A DNA stretch of 63,805 nucleotides, counting the filler, from Chiloscyllium plagiosum (lineage: Eukaryota): the NCBI RefSeq assembly GCF_004010195.1. It is 3 parts of one record of this genome, joined end to end, with 100 filler letters (N's around TTAATTAATTAA, not from the genome) between each part and the next. Parts side by side here need not be neighbours in the genome. Positions count along the whole stretch, not along the records: positions 1 to 19,313 come from NC_057711.1; 2 more parts are not named here. One strand, given 5' to 3'. Below the pieces are notes generated by a model. That model searched no databases. It was not told the DNA's origin and saw nothing but the letters and a program-made list of their open reading frames with translations. The position numbers were made by a program, and so were the translations under genes. Positions 1 to 13,366 of this stretch are shown here, piece by piece (position 1 is the stretch's first letter; every line of letters begins with the position of its first letter).

Positions 1-640
1 TCTGTAGCCACGCATTTAACTGTTCTCTCTCCCTATTCCTCGACTCTCTATCACATGGCACGGGTAACAAACCAGAGACAACAACTCTGTTTGTTCTAAC
101 TCTGAGCTTCCAACCTAGCTCCCTGAAAGCCTGTCTAACATCCTCAGCCCTCTTCCTACCTATGTCGTTGGTGCCAATGTGGACCATGACTTCGGGCAGC
201 TCCCCCTCCCCCTTAAGGACCCGGAAAACACTACCAGAGACGTCACGTACCATTGCACCTGGGAGGCAACATAACAAACGTGAGTCTCTCTCGCCCCCAC
301 AACTATCGAGTCCCCAATAACTATTGCTCTGCTCTTCTCCACCCTTCCCTTCTGAGCAACGGGGACAGGCTCCATGCCAGAGGCCTGAGCCCCGTTACTT
401 ACCCCTGGTAAGTCGTCCCCCCCACAAGTACCCAAAACGGTATACTTGTTCTTGAGGAGAATAGCCGCAGGGGGTCCCTGCATTGGCTGCTTCCTCCCAG
501 TCCCCCTCACTGTCACCCATCTGTCTGCAATCTTTGGAGTTACTACTTCCCTAAAGCTCCGATCTATGACCCCCTCTGCCTCCCGAATGATCCTAAGTTC
601 ATCCAACTCCAGCTCCAGTTCCCTAACACGGTCTTGGAGG
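1..640 (-). mobile_element. CR1-clade LINE ORF1 fragment (coiled coil plus SGNH/GDSL esterase-like domain)
   Basis: ORF 160..735(-) contains LQDRVRELELELDELRIIRE (leucine zipper), WVTVRG, LKNKYTVL and AIVIGDSIV, which are typical CR1 ORF1 motifs. It runs off the window start. Confidence 0.8.
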
Positions 641-1249
641 AGCGTGAGATCTTGCATTTGTCCAACAGGTTTGAGATTCGTGCTCTTTGTGTGGATCAGA
701 CTGAGGGCTGTAGGGAGGATGAGCAAACTGACCACAGCACAGTGGTACAGAGAGCCATTTAAGAGGGGTGGGTGGGTGGGGGGAAAACAGAAATGTTGTT
801 GTAATCGGGTATACTATAACCAGGGGAACGTTCTCTGTGACCAGGATTGAGAATCCCAAAGGCTATATTGCCTGCCTGGTTCATCTGAGCTGCACCAGAA
901 CTCTGAATGAGAGGGGAAAGATCCAATTGACGGGGTCCACGTAGGTACCAATGATATAGGTGAGAAGAGCAAAGTGGTTCTGCTGAAGGAGTATGAGCAG
1001 CTAGGGCTAAATTAAAAAGCAGAACCATAAAAGGTAATCATCTCAGGATTGCTGCCTGAACCACAAGCTAATTGGCACCTGATCAACAACATTAAAGAGG
1101 TAAAAGTGTGCCTCAAAGGTTAGTATGTGAGAAACGGGTTCAAATTCACCAAACATTGGCACCAATACTGGAGCAGGAGGGAGCTGTTCCAATGGGACAG
1201 GCTCCATCTGATTCATGCTGCGACCTGAGTCCTGGTGAATGCAGGCATG

Positions 1250-1990
1250 GACCATTTTCTAAATGGGGAGAGAAGTCAGTAGTCAGAAGTGCAAAGAGTC
1301 TTGAGAGTTCTAGTCCAGGATTCTCTCAAGGTAAACTTGCAGCTTGAGTCATTAGTTAGGAAGGCAAGTCAATGATGGTATTTATTTTGAGAGGACTTGA
1401 ATATAAAAGCAGGGATATACTTCTGAGGCCCTATAAGACTCTGTTCAGACCACATTTGGAGTATTGTACACCATTTTATGTCCCATATCTCAGGAAGGAT
1501 GTTCAAAGGAGATTCATGAGAATGGTCCCAGGAATGAACAGCTTAACATATGAGAAACGTTTGAGGACTCTAGATCGATACTCAATCAAGTTTAGAATGA
1601 TGAGGGTGAAATAATTGAAATGTACAGAATACTGAATGGCCTGGATAGAGTGGATGTTGGGAAGATGTTTCCATTTGTGGGAGAGACTCGGACCCGAGGG
1701 CACGGCCTCAGAGTAAGGGGAAGATCTTTTCGAACAGAGATAAGGAGAAACTTCTTCAGCCAGAGAGTGGTGAATCTGTGAAATTCAGTGCTACAGAAGG
1801 CTGTGGAGGCTAGGTCATTGAGTATACTTAAGATGGAGATAAATGGGTTCTTGATTGTAAAGTGATCAAGGGTTACAGGGAGAAAGCAGGAGAATGGGGT
1901 TGAGAAACTCATCAGCCATGATTGAATGGTAGAGCAGACTCGATAGACTGAATGGGCTAATTTCTGCTCCTATGTCTTATTGTCTTATGG
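1250..1990 (+). mobile_element. CR1 LINE 3' fragment nested in the older CR1
   Basis: RGLEYKSRDILLRPYKTLFRPHLEYC RT C-terminus followed by a 3' UTR ending in tcctatgtcttattgtcttatgg. Confidence 0.75.
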
Positions 1991-3111
1991 AATTGCATAA
2001 CTAGGGCTGTGGATAGAGCTTTGAATTAAATACTGGGGGTGCGGGGGGTGTAGCTTCACATGCATGGAAAGTAATGGAAAAAGTTTAAGATGGGAAAGAC
2101 TCAGCAGAGGTTATAAAAGCTTCCAGAACAAGTAAGAGGATAGAGCATATGGGAAGAGTCAGGAATCTAACTGCAGGCACAACAGATGAGAAAATGACTA
2201 TAAAAAGGGGGGTAGTCAATGCAGGACTGAGGGTGTTATATTTAAAGACATGTAGTATACGAAACAAGGTAAATGAGCTTGTAGCACAGATTGCAATTGG
2301 CAGGTACAATGTTGTGGGTATCACAGAAACATGGCTGCAAGGGGATCAGGACTAAGAACTAAATATTCAAGGGCACATTTCTTCTCGAAAAGACAGGCAA
2401 ATGGGCAGAGGGGCTGTGGTTGCCTTGCTTCTAAGAAATGAAATTAAATCTACAGCAAGAAGTGATATAGAGTTGGAAGGAGCAGAATCTGTGTGGGTAG
2501 AGTTGAGGAATCGCAAAGGATGAAAAGACCCTGATGGCATTTGTGTACAGGCCTCCGAGCAGTGGTCAAGATGTGGGGAAGAAAATAAATCAGGAGATAG
2601 AAAAGGCATGTAAGAAAAGCACCATTACAATAATCACGGGGGGATTTTAATATGCAGGTAGACTGGGAAAATCACATTGTTTGTGAATCTCAAGAAAAGG
2701 GATTCATCAATTGTTTACGAGATGTTTTTTGGAGCAGCTTGTGGTACAGCAAAGCAGGAAACTGGATTTGGTGATGTGTAATGAGGCAGAATTGATCAAC
2801 TTGAAGGAACCCCTAGGGGGCAATGACCATCATATGATAGAATTCACCCTGCAGTTTGAGAGGGAGAAGCTGGATTGGGATGTAACGGCTTTACAATTGA
2901 GTAAAGATAACTACAAAGGTATGAGGGAGGAGCTGACCAGAGTAAATTGGAAAGAGACCCTCAAAGGGAAGCTGGTGGGGCAGCAATAGCAGAGGTATCT
3001 GGGTATAATTTGGGAGGCGCTGCAGAAATCAATCCCAAAAAAGAAGAAACATATTAAGGTGAGGGACAGGATGTACATGTATTTGGAAAGGCAAGGACTG
3101 ATTCAGTATAG

Positions 3112-3237
3112 GGGAGAAAGTGAGGTCTGCAGACGCTGGAGATCAAAGCTGAAACTTTATTGCTGGAAAAGCACAGCAGGTCAGGCAGCATCTAGGGAAC
3201 AGAAGATTCGACGTTTCGGGCACATGCCCTTCTTCAG
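3112..3237 (-). mobile_element. Short Penelope-end insertion carrying a minimal hammerhead ribozyme motif
   Basis: The minus strand reads CTGAAGA-AGGGC-atgt-GCCC-GAAAC-GTC-GAAT. It is flanked by the direct repeat ttcagtatag (3102-3111 and 3233-3242) inside a CR1. Confidence 0.75.
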
Positions 3238-3483
3238 TATAGTCAACATGGCTTTGTGCATGGGAAATCATGTCTCTCAAACTTGATTGAGTTTTTTGAA
3301 GAAGTAAAAAAAAGATTGATGAGGGCTGAGCAATAGATGTGATCTATATGGACTTCAGTAAGGCGTTCGACAAGGTTCCCCATAGGAGACTGATTAGCAA
3401 GGTTAGATCTCATGGAATACAGGGAGAACTAGCCATTTGGATACAGAACTGGCTCAAAGGTAGAAGACAGAGGGTGGTGGAGG

Positions 3484-3979
3484 NNNNNNNNNNNNNNNNN
3501 NNNNNNNNNNNNNNNNNNNNNNNNNNNNNNNNNNNNNNNNNNNNNNNNNNNNNNNNNNNNNNNNNNNNNNNNNNNNNNNNNNNNNNNNNNNNNNNNNNNN
3601 NNNNNNNNNNNNNNNNNNNNNNNNNNNNNNNNNNNNNNNNNNNNNNNNNNNNNNNNNNNNNNNNNNNNNNNNNNNNNNNNNNNNNNNNNNNNNNNNNNNN
3701 NNNNNNNNNNNNNNNNNNNNNNNNNNNNNNNNNNNNNNNNNNNNNNNNNNNNNNNNNNNNNNNNNNNNNNNNNNNNNNNNNNNNNNNNNNNNNNNNNNNN
3801 NNNNNNNNNNNNNNNNNNNNNNNNNNNNNNNNNNNNNNNNNNNNNNNNNNNNNNNNNNNNNNNNNNNNNNNNNNNNNNNNNNNNNNNNNNNNNNNNNNNN
3901 NNNNNNNNNNNNNNNNNNNNNNNNNNNNNNNNNNNNNNNNNNNNNNNNNNNNNNNNNNNNNNNNNNNNNNNNNNNNNNN
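3484..3979. other. Assembly gap (N run) within CR1
   Basis: N run flanked by collinear CR1 sequence. Confidence 0.99.
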
Positions 3980-6124
3980 CTAGAGGGCATAGGTTTAGGG
4001 TGAGAGGGGAAAGATATAAAAGAGACCTACGGGGCATCTTTTTCTCGCAGAGGGTGGTACGTGTGTGGAATGAGCTGCCAGAGGATGTGGTGGATTGCAA
4101 GATTTAAGAGGCATTTGGATGGGTATATGAATGGGAAGGGTTTGGAGGGATATGGGCCGGGTGCTGGTAGGTGGGACTAGATTGGGTTGGGATATATGGT
4201 CCTTATGGACGGTTTGGACCGAAGGGTCTGTTTCCATGCTGTATGACTCTATGACTCTATGACTCTATGGCAGGATAAGGCAACCATGCCTGACAGGGGA
4301 GGTGAGGGACAGCACAAAAGCAAAAGAAAAAGCATTCAATGTGGTAAAGGTTAGTGATAAGCCAGAGAGTGAGAAGCCTTTAAAAACCAGCAGACAATAA
4401 CTTTAAAAGTAATTTGCGAGGGTGAGCGAATGAGGGAAGTATGAGAGTAAGCTAGCTAGTAATACAAAAGAACATGACAAGAGTTTTTTTGATAGCTGAA
4501 GGGTAAGACAGAGGCAAGAGTGGACATTGAACCACTGGAAAATGATGTTAGAGAAGTAGTAAAGCTGGACAAAGGAATAACAGAGGAACTGAATATGTAC
4601 TTTTTATCGGTTTTCACAGTAGAAGACACCAGCATATTCCAGAATTTCAAGGGAGTCAGGGGGCAGAGGTGAGTATAGTAACCATCATTAAGAAGAAGGT
4701 ACTGGGAAGCTGAACAGTTTGAAGGTGGATAAATCACCCGGACCAGATGGACTACGCCCAGACTTCTGAAGGAGATAATTGAGGAGATTGTGGAGGTATA
4801 AGTGGTGATCTTTCAGGAATCACTGGACTATGAGAGAGGAATGAAAAATGGCAAATATAACGCCGCTGTTTCAGAAGAGAGGGAGGCAGAAGACAGCAAA
4901 CTACCTCAGTCATTGGTAAGATATTGAAGTCTATTATTAAAGATGAGATTGCAGAGTACTTGGAAGTGCACAGTAAAATTGTGTTGGGTCAGCATGGCTT
5001 TGTCAAGGGGAGGTCATGCCTGACAAATCTATTAGAATTCATTGAGGAGGTAACGAGCGTGGTAGGCAAAGAAGAGTCAGTGGACGTGATTCATTGGATT
5101 TCCAGAAAGACTTTGACATGGTGCCACACAGCAAGATAAGATAAGATACGAACCCATGATGTTAGGGGCAAAGTACTGGCATAGACAGAGGATTGGCTGG
5201 CTGACAGAAGATAGAGAGTAGGAATAAATGGGTCTTTTTCAGGATGGCAGTCTGTAACTAGTTGAGTTCCACAAGGGCCTGTGTTGGAACTACAACTATT
5301 CACACTATACACCTGGACAAAGGGACTGACAGCATCGTAGATGATGCAAAGATATGTAATGTTGAGGAAGTAGGAAGTCTAGGAGGCTCGGAAAGTGAGC
5401 AAAGAAGTGGCAGATGGAAAACTATGTGGAATGTGCAAAGCTTTGTACTTTGATGGAAAGAATATAGGTGTAGATTATTTTCAAAACTGGGAAAGACTTT
5501 GGAAATCTGAAGCACAAAGCGACTTGGAAGTCCTAATTTAAGATTCTCTTAAGTCTAACATGCAGGTTCGGTTGGCAGTTAGTAAGGCAAATGCAATGTT
5601 AGCATTCATTTTGAGAGGGCTAGAATACAAGAGCAGAGCTGTATTCCTGAGATTATATAAAGCTCTGGCCCCACTGCATTTGGAATATTATCAGCAGTTT
5701 TGGGCACCGTATCTAAGGAAGGATCTGCTGGTCTTGGACCAGTCTAGACAAGGTTTACAAGAATGATCCCAGGGATGAAAGGCTTGTCATATGAGGAGCA
5801 GTTGAGGACTCTGGGTCTGTGCTCAATGGTGCTTAGAAGGATGAGAGCGGAATCTGATTTAAACTTAAGGAATACTGGATAGAGTAGATGGAAAAGATGG
5901 ATAAAAGCAAATTACTGCTGATGCTGGAAAAGATGTTTTCACTAGTTAGAGAGACTAGGATTCTGAGGGCACAGCCTCAGAGTGAAGGAACAACCCTTTA
6001 GAACTGAGATGAGGAGGCATTTCTTCAGGTGGTGGTGAATCTATGTATTTTTCATGCCAGGCATAAAACAGAAAATTCAAATCTTTCAGCATTCATCAGA
6101 AATCCATAAACAGAAGTATTTTCT

Positions 6125-6243
6125 CACAGTTATAGAGATGTACAGCACGGAAACAGACCCTTTGGTCCAACTCGTCCATGCTGACCAGATATCCTAAATT
6201 AATCTAGTCCCATTTGCCAGCATTTGGTCCATATCCCTCTAAA
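6125..6243 (-). mobile_element. CR1 (HER1-like) 3' tail fragment
   Basis: Reverse complement of the tail seen at 13100-13230 and 28010-28140. Confidence 0.8.
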
Positions 6244-6374
6244 CAAATATGTGACCCTGATTCAAATCAATGTCATCTTACAGAAACCAATGCCCCTTTA
6301 ATGGCGTCAGTTAGATGACCAAATAAATGGTCCAATTAAACTAAAGATGACTGAATTAAAAACTTTGACTCAGT

Positions 6375-6650
6375 AAATAGGATGCTTTTCCAGATTAGAA
6401 ACGGAGGGTTCAAAAATCACCCAACCACAGAATCTAAGTTGAACTTCAGGGCAGAACTGAGGGAGTGCCACAATTCAGATGAGACATTAAATAGGGGCTA
6501 TGCATTGACGTAAGAGACCCCATGACGCTGAGAAAAAGGAGGGGTTCTCCCTGGTGTTGTAACCATCATATAATCCCTCAATTGACACCAATGAAGCTGA
6601 TTAACTGGTTACTTTTTAAAATAATCTTGCTAAAGAGCTTGCTCAAAGCA
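6375..6650 (+). mobile_element. DeuSINE-like (SacSINE1-like) SINE, degenerate
   Basis: GGTTCAAA B-box-like motif, then cagatgagacattaaat...gtaagagaccccatgac...ggggttctccctggtgt...atccctcaa, resembling the Deu domain as recalled. Confidence 0.5.
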
Positions 6651-7561
6651 AACATGAATCTTATTAGAGATGCTGTGGTTTCAACCAGCCAGAGTGCTGC
6701 AAGAGATCAGTGTTCTGTATGTTTTAACTACAGTGAAACAAAAAAACTTATGAGCCAAACAAAATGTCACCCATTCAATCTGCAGTGAACATGGGAAACT
6801 GTTCAAAAGTGCTTGGTCAAAGTATAAATCAGAGACAAATTGGGATAGAACCAAAAGAGGAGAAACGAGGTTAATACATGCTCTTATTTATTGGCAACAC
6901 AGGCCCAAGATGCCATATGGTCAATTGCTGTGTCTGTTTCTCCTATATTTTTACATTAGGAGTAATTCAAAGTGAGGTCAAAGAGCTTGGCATAAGAACA
7001 TGTTTTAAAAGACAAGAGGAATAGAGGTGTAGAGACCTGGGGAGGGATGCAGAGTTTTGGATCTTGACAGCAAAAATATGACCTCCAATGTCATAAAGAA
7101 GGCAATGTGTCTTGTGCAAGAGCTGTAAGAACAAAGTATTCTTAGAAAGGTCCAGCGTTGGAGCAGGAAAAAGAGAGGCTATGAAATGATGTGAATCTAA
7201 GGATAACAATTTTTTTTAGAGCAATTGGTCGATTAGGAGCCAGGTCAGCAAACATGTGAGAGCGAGTGAGCCTTGGGGCATGTTAATATTTAAGCTGTAG
7301 TTCCGGATGCAGTCACATTTCTGTACATGATTTTAAGTCATGGATATTCAGACCAGAGAGTTTCAATGTTGCTGTTTCTGGTCCCACCACTGTACCTACA
7401 GATACATACAAAGCAATGGGAGTGAACCTTTTTTCTATAAATTTATGGGATGTGGGCATTAATGGCTATGTTAACATTTATTGCCCATCCCTAATTGTCC
7501 TCATAAATGTGGCAGTGAGCAGCTGCTCCACTTCAAGTGGTTTAGGTACACACACATTGCT

Positions 7562-7932
7562 AGGAGAAAGTGAGGAATGCAGATGCTGGAGATCAGAGTC
7601 GAAACATGTGATGCTGAAAAAGCACAGCAGGTCAAGCAGCATCTGAGGAGCAGTAGAATTCCTTCATCAGGAATGCATTGCTGTCAGGGAAGGAGTTCCA
7701 GGAATCTGGAGATAGTGAGGACTGCAGATGCTGGAAAGTCAGAATCGATAAACCGTGGAGCTGGAAAAAGCACAGCAGGTCAAGCAGCATCAGAACAGCA
7801 GGAGAGTCAACGTTTCGGGCAGGACCCTTCATCAAGGTCCTAATGAAGGGCTTATGCCCAAAATGTCAATTCTCCTGCTCCTCTGATGCTGCTTGACCTC
7901 CCATGCTTTTTCCAGCTCCACATTTTATCAAC
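7562..7932. mobile_element. Cluster of PLE-end insertions including an inverted pair with hammerhead motifs
   Basis: Arms 7712-7836 and 7838-7932 are reverse complements. The minus arm reads TTGATGA-AGGG...CCC-GAAACG and the plus arm CTAATGA-AGGGC-ttat-GCCC-AAAATGTC (degenerate). aaggagttc occurs at both flanks. Confidence 0.7.
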
Positions 7933-10900
7933 AAGGAGTTCTAGCAGTGTGTCCCAGTTATTCAGCAGACGAATGAAAGAATTGTGATATCATTCCGAGT
8001 TAGGATAGTGTGTAGTTTAGAGGGGAACTCGCAGATGATGTCGTTTCCATGTATCCAGTTTGAACCTGATGGACTAATTTATTCCTCAAAGGGCATTCCC
8101 AACGCCCTTTGCAGTGGCAGGTAAAGTGCTTAGGCTTCCCACATAAAGTAGGCATTTCCCACCCCAGGTAAAGTGGTTGGAGAATGAAACCTTAAAGTGG
8201 CAATTAATTGGCCATTTACAACACTCAAAGGACAAAGGACAAACAAATCACCCAGATCATCAGCAACTTTGCATACAATTTCAGATCAGGGCAAGTGACA
8301 GTAACCAGCTGGAAATGTCCTCTGCAGAACCACTAGCAGGACAATGTAAAATTCAGTCTATGCCCCAAAAAGGCATTATCAGTTAGAATTGGGAAACAAG
8401 CCATGTGAAAAGCAAGCTACCTTAAGGACAAGGCACTAAGTATAAAAACAGGCATTACTTTACAGCAGCAACTATTAGTTTGCTGCAGTAAAACAAAACA
8501 CATTCATTTTGAAGGATTTTAAAATTTGAAATTCAATCAACTGTCACAAACATGAACAGGGCTCAGGATAGCTTCATGTTAAGCTGTTACTGGCTGCCTC
8601 CCAACTTATCGTGGCCACGGTAGATGAAAATAAACTGGAGGTACTTAACTATATAATACCTCATCCAATAGAGCATCTGATTCATGTTTGTTTCAGGCAG
8701 GAGCTCCAAGTTCACCAGGATTAAGATCTATTCAAGAATAGGGAAAGATGGAAACAAGGCATTAAGCCTGGACTCTACTCCTCCAAAGCACTACTGCCCA
8801 CATTTCTAAACATAGCCAGGGCAGTTAGGATGTAAAAATCCAGTCTCCTGTATTTGAACTCTGATTCCCAAGACACTTTATCTCTTAACAAAACAGACAA
8901 TGGCAAAATTAGATCTCAATTGCCCATTGCTTCAGTGTAATTTTCATAACTTGTACGAACATGGTATATTTATAACTGTTGCACTGTTTTGCTTTAAAAC
9001 ACACAAGAACAGAAAATGTTGGACGAACTCAGAAGCTCCAGCAGCATCTGTAGAAAGAATTCTTTTGTTTTACAAAACTAAACGTTTTGAGTCCAGCATG
9101 ACCCTCCTCAGAACTCTTGCTTTTACTTTATTTGAAAATTGACTCCTTCCAAATTGTGTTAAATTGTAAAAACTGTTAGATGTGTAAAATTCTAAAAAAT
9201 TGAGACAAGACTGAAAATGATGCCTTCACTGGAAATTCGCATTTATTAAATTCCCTTAAATTATATTTTACAAAATTAATGCTTCTTTCTAAATAAATAG
9301 AGAAGTATTAAAAAAAATTAAGAAACTACACTCTGAAACCTTCAAACTCAGTGTCAAGATAAAGAATGAAAATTTGGCGCAGGGGGGCACAGCACAGTCA
9401 GTTTTAAAGTGGTGGTGGTGCTGGTATTGGCAGGAGGGTGGGGAGGGTGGTGATTTGTAGGGTTAAGAATGGAGACCCCACAATCGTCTATACTTATAGA
9501 ATGACTTGCTGACTGCAAATCACAAGTTTACATCATGAGTTTCAAAAATACATGCTGCAAAAAAAATTGCTGTAAAATGACAGCACAAATTTCTCAGTCT
9601 TTGAAGCCAAACAGCATAAAAGGTTGAATATATGTTAGTCCTCACCACATTCCAGATTTCAACAAAGGAATGTTTCTATGTCACATCAACATCAGGTTGA
9701 CGATAACACTTGCAATTTCTGCTGGCTGTGCTGATTGGAGATCAGAGACATTATGTGACAGTAAAGAAAGTTAAAATCCAATGGTTAATGAGATAATTAA
9801 ACTAGATGACTGGAGGGCAGGAAATTCTGCACATAACCCAGAAGTATCGACCATCCTTAACTCAACCTTATGTAATAAGAATGAGAATAAGTCTTCATTG
9901 CCTTATCACTGCTCAAGAAAAAAAAATCAATTTTAAAGCAAATGTAAAGTTCAAATTCTGCTGCCTAAGAATTACATTATTAAAATTTTACAACATAATC
10001 CTTATGATATATTAATGTTCAGAAGTGTAGCTAAAACACATTACATTTACAGCACATAATAGCTTCTTTGAGCAAGCACAGCTTTAATCCCAATACCATT
10101 AATAAATGAATTAGAGCTTTATGCCAAGCTTTAAATTGACAGTGAGAAATTCTTTTGATCTCATACTAGGCATTTTCTTTTACGCCATGTAATATGATTT
10201 TCAGCCGATGTAAAGCTGCAAAATATTTACTTTCCTGTATATAAGCTCATAAAGTGTATTGCAGTAAAATATGACAAAGATAGGAATTTATGGTTTAGTT
10301 TTTAATGTTTCTGTCAGACTTTTCTCCCATCCTTATTTCCAAGGGTTGGGCCAAGGTCTTCTGTTGAATTGACCCACACCTGCAGGCAAAATATGGCTGT
10401 TGTTTGCCATTGCTTTCTGCAGGATTTAATTCAGTTTTAAATACTTTGGAATAATTTGGCATTTAAAATAGAATCAGCCAGATAAGATTTTGGAAAACAT
10501 TTTTGAAAATGGCTTCATTTGTAGTTATCTTAGCATGTCAATGATCAACTCATATGGTTTCTTGAAAAGTATCGACATTCATCATGGTTACTTCTTAACA
10601 ATGCATAGGCACCCCAAATCCTGTTGATTGAATTCATCAGAGTTTAACCTCATTGTTTGGAAAAGGGGGAAACAGTTAAATTTAGCAATACGGGCTAGTC
10701 AATAGAGGTGTAGAGATAACAATTTGGGAAAATAAAGTATTAAGCATTTTGAAAATTATATAACTTCAAACAATATTTGACAAAGTTATATTGGTTCGGA
10801 ACAGTATAGAGAAATAAGAGGTGAAAGGTTGCTTTGCAGACAAGGACATAAGTATACATTAGTGCTCCCAAAGGATCATAATGAGAATCTGAAGTAAAAT

Positions 10901-11069
10901 AGTGCTGATGCTACAAATTCAGATTAACATCAGAAAGGTCTTGAGAAACACAGGAGATCTGGCAGCATCTGTAGAAAGAGAAACAGAATTAACATTTTGA
11001 GTCCAACATGACTCTTTCTCAGAACTAAAGAGGTGGAAAGTGATAGTCCAGAAAAAAGGTTGGGAGGAG

Positions 11070-11152
11070 CAGACACAATGGTCAAGTAGAACAGACACAA
11101 TGGCCAAGTAGAACAGACACAATGGTCAAGTAGAACAGACACAATGGCCAAG
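11070..11152 (+). repeat. 22-bp tandem repeat (CAGACACAATGGYCAAGTAGAA), about 3.8 copies
   Basis: Units start at 11070, 11092, 11114 and 11136, with T and C alternating at one position. Confidence 0.9.
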
Positions 11153-11296
11153 AAAAGGTATCACAGAACAAAAGGCAAAGCAAGTGGTAATGGAGGGCTT
11201 TGTAGATCCAAAGAAGATGTTGACAGCAGAGTAAATTTCAGCTCTGATGAAAACAAAACGAAGGCACATTATTATGGGGAAAGAAACATAATGGAC

Positions 11297-13230
11297 TTCA
11301 AGTATTTTGCATCAGTATTTACTGTGGAAAAGGACATGAAAGATATAGAATGTAGGGAAAAAGATAGTGACATCTTGCAAATGTCCATATTACAGAGGAG
11401 GAAGTGCTGGATGTCTTGAAACGCATAAAAGTGGATAAATCCCCAGGACCTGATGAGGTGTACCCTAGAACTCTGTCGAAGCTAGAGAAGTGATTGTTGG
11501 ACCTCTTGCTGAGATATTTGTATCATTGATAGTCACAGGTGAGGTGCCGGAAAACTGGAGGTTGGCTAACATGGTGCCACTGTTTAAGAAGGGTGGTAAA
11601 GACAAGCCAGGGAACTATAGACCAGTGAACCTGACATTGTTGGTGGGCAAGTTGTTGGAGGGAATCCTGAGGGACAGGATGTATTTGGAAAGGCAAGGAC
11701 TGATTAGGGATACTCAACATAGCTTTTTGCATGGGAAATCATGTCTCCAACTTGATTGAGCTTTTTGAAGAAGTAACAAAGAGAATTGATGAGGGCAGAG
11801 TGGTAGACGTGATCTATATGGACTTCAGTAAGGCATTCGACAAGGTTCCCCATGGGATACTTGTTAGCAAGGTTAGATCTCATGGAATACAGGGAGAACT
11901 AGCCATTTGGATACAGAATTGGTTCAAAGGCAGAAGACAGAGGATGGTGGTGGAGGGTTGTCTTTCAGTCTGGAGGCCTGTGACCAGTGGAGTAAGGATC
12001 GGTGCTGGGCCCACTATTGTTTGTCCTTTATATAAATGATTTGAATGGGAGCATAAGAGGTACAGTTAGTAAGTTTGCAGATGACACCAAAATTGGAGGT
12101 GTAGTGGACAGCGAAGAGGGTTACCTCAGATTACAACGGAATTTTGATCAGATGGGCCAATGGGCTGAGGAATGGCAGATGGAGTTTAATTCAGATAAAT
12201 GCGAGGTGCTGCATTTTGGAAAGCAAATCTTAGCAGGACTTATACACTTAATGGTAAGGTCCTAGGGAGTGTTGCTGCACAAAGAAACCTTGGAGTTCAT
12301 AGCTCCTTGAAAGTGGAGTTGCAGGTAGATAGGATAGTGAACAAGGCATTTGGTATGCTTTCCTTTATTGGTCAGAGTACTGANNNNNNNNNNNNNNNNN
12401 NNNNNNNNNNNNNNNNNNNNNNNNNNNNNNNNNNNNNNNNNNNNNNNNNNNNNNNNNNNNNNNNNNNNNNNNNNNNNNNNNNNNNNNNNNNNNNNNNNNN
12501 NNNNNNNNNNNNNNNNNNNNNNNNNNNNNNNNNNNNNNNNNNNNNNNNNNNNNNNNNNNNNNNNNNNNNNNNNNNNNNNNNNNNNNNNNNNNNNNNNNNN
12601 NNNNNNNNNNNNNNNNNNNNNNNNNNNNNNNNNNNNNNNNNNTACAGGAGTTGGGAGGTCATGTTGCGGCTGTACAGGACATTGGTTAGGCCACTTTTGG
12701 AATATTGTGTGCAATTCTGGTCTCCTTCCTTTTGGAAAGATGTTGTGAAACTTGAAAGGGTTCAGAAAAGGTTAAGACGGATGTTGCCAGGGTTGGAGAA
12801 TTTGAGCTATCGGGTGAGGCTGAATAAGCTGTGGCTGTTTTCCCTGGAGTGTCAGAGGCTGAGGGGTGACCTTATGGAGGATTATAAAATCATGAGGAGC
12901 ATGGATAGGATAAATAGACAAAGTCACTTCCCTGGGGTGCGGGAGTCAAGAACTAGAGGGCATAGGTTTAGGGTGAGGGGGAAGGTTAACTTTTTCACGC
13001 AGAGGGTTGTATGTGTATGGAATGAACTGCCAGAGGAAGTGGTAGAGGCTGGTACAATTGCAACATTTAAAAGGCATCTGAATGGATATATGAATAGGAA
13101 GGGTTTGAAGGGATATGGTCCAGGTGCTGGCAGGTGGAACTAGATTGGGTTGGGATATCTAGTCAGTATGGACGGGTTGGACCGAAGGCCCTGTTTCTGT
13201 GCTGTACATCACTATGACTCTATGATTCTA
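11297..13230 (+). mobile_element. HER1-like CR1 LINE, 3' ~2 kb (RT domain to tail)
   Basis: [75 protein letters not shown]; tail actatgactctatgattcta. Confidence 0.9.
12384..12642. other. Assembly gap (N run)
   Basis: N run inside CR1. Confidence 0.99.
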
Positions 13231-13366
13231 AGTCTATATCAAAAGTGGTACAGTTTTAGGACAAAGGACCAATAATTTAGAACTGAGATGAAGACAAATT
13301 TCTTTACTTAGCAGATTGAAATACTTAGAATTATTTACTCCAGAAGGTGATGAATACTCCATTATT

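Larger units (their letters stand above)
3056..4269 (+). mobile_element. HER1-like CR1 3' portion spanning an N gap
   Basis: IYMDFSKAFDKVPH RT motif; (ATGACTCT)n tail at 4244-4269; near-identical to the copies at 11.3-13.2 kb and 26.7-28.1 kb. Confidence 0.85.
790..6045 (+). mobile_element. Old, decayed near-full-length CR1 LINE interrupted by younger insertions
   Basis: Collinear pieces: ORF1 remnant (HVGTND-like near 940), APE start LRVLYLKTCSIRNKVNEL...VGITETWLQ (2149-2355), LDLVMCNE...GGNDHHMIEF (2711-2989), RT QHGFVKGRSCLTNLLEF (4924-5139) and C-terminal KANAMLAFILRGLEYKS (5560-5766). Many stops and frameshifts. Confidence 0.75.

Noticed and set aside
3339..4100. Long ORFs rich in X (also 12199-13143 and 59707-60476)
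   Set aside because: Their length comes from translating N gaps; the real parts are CR1 RT or satellite.
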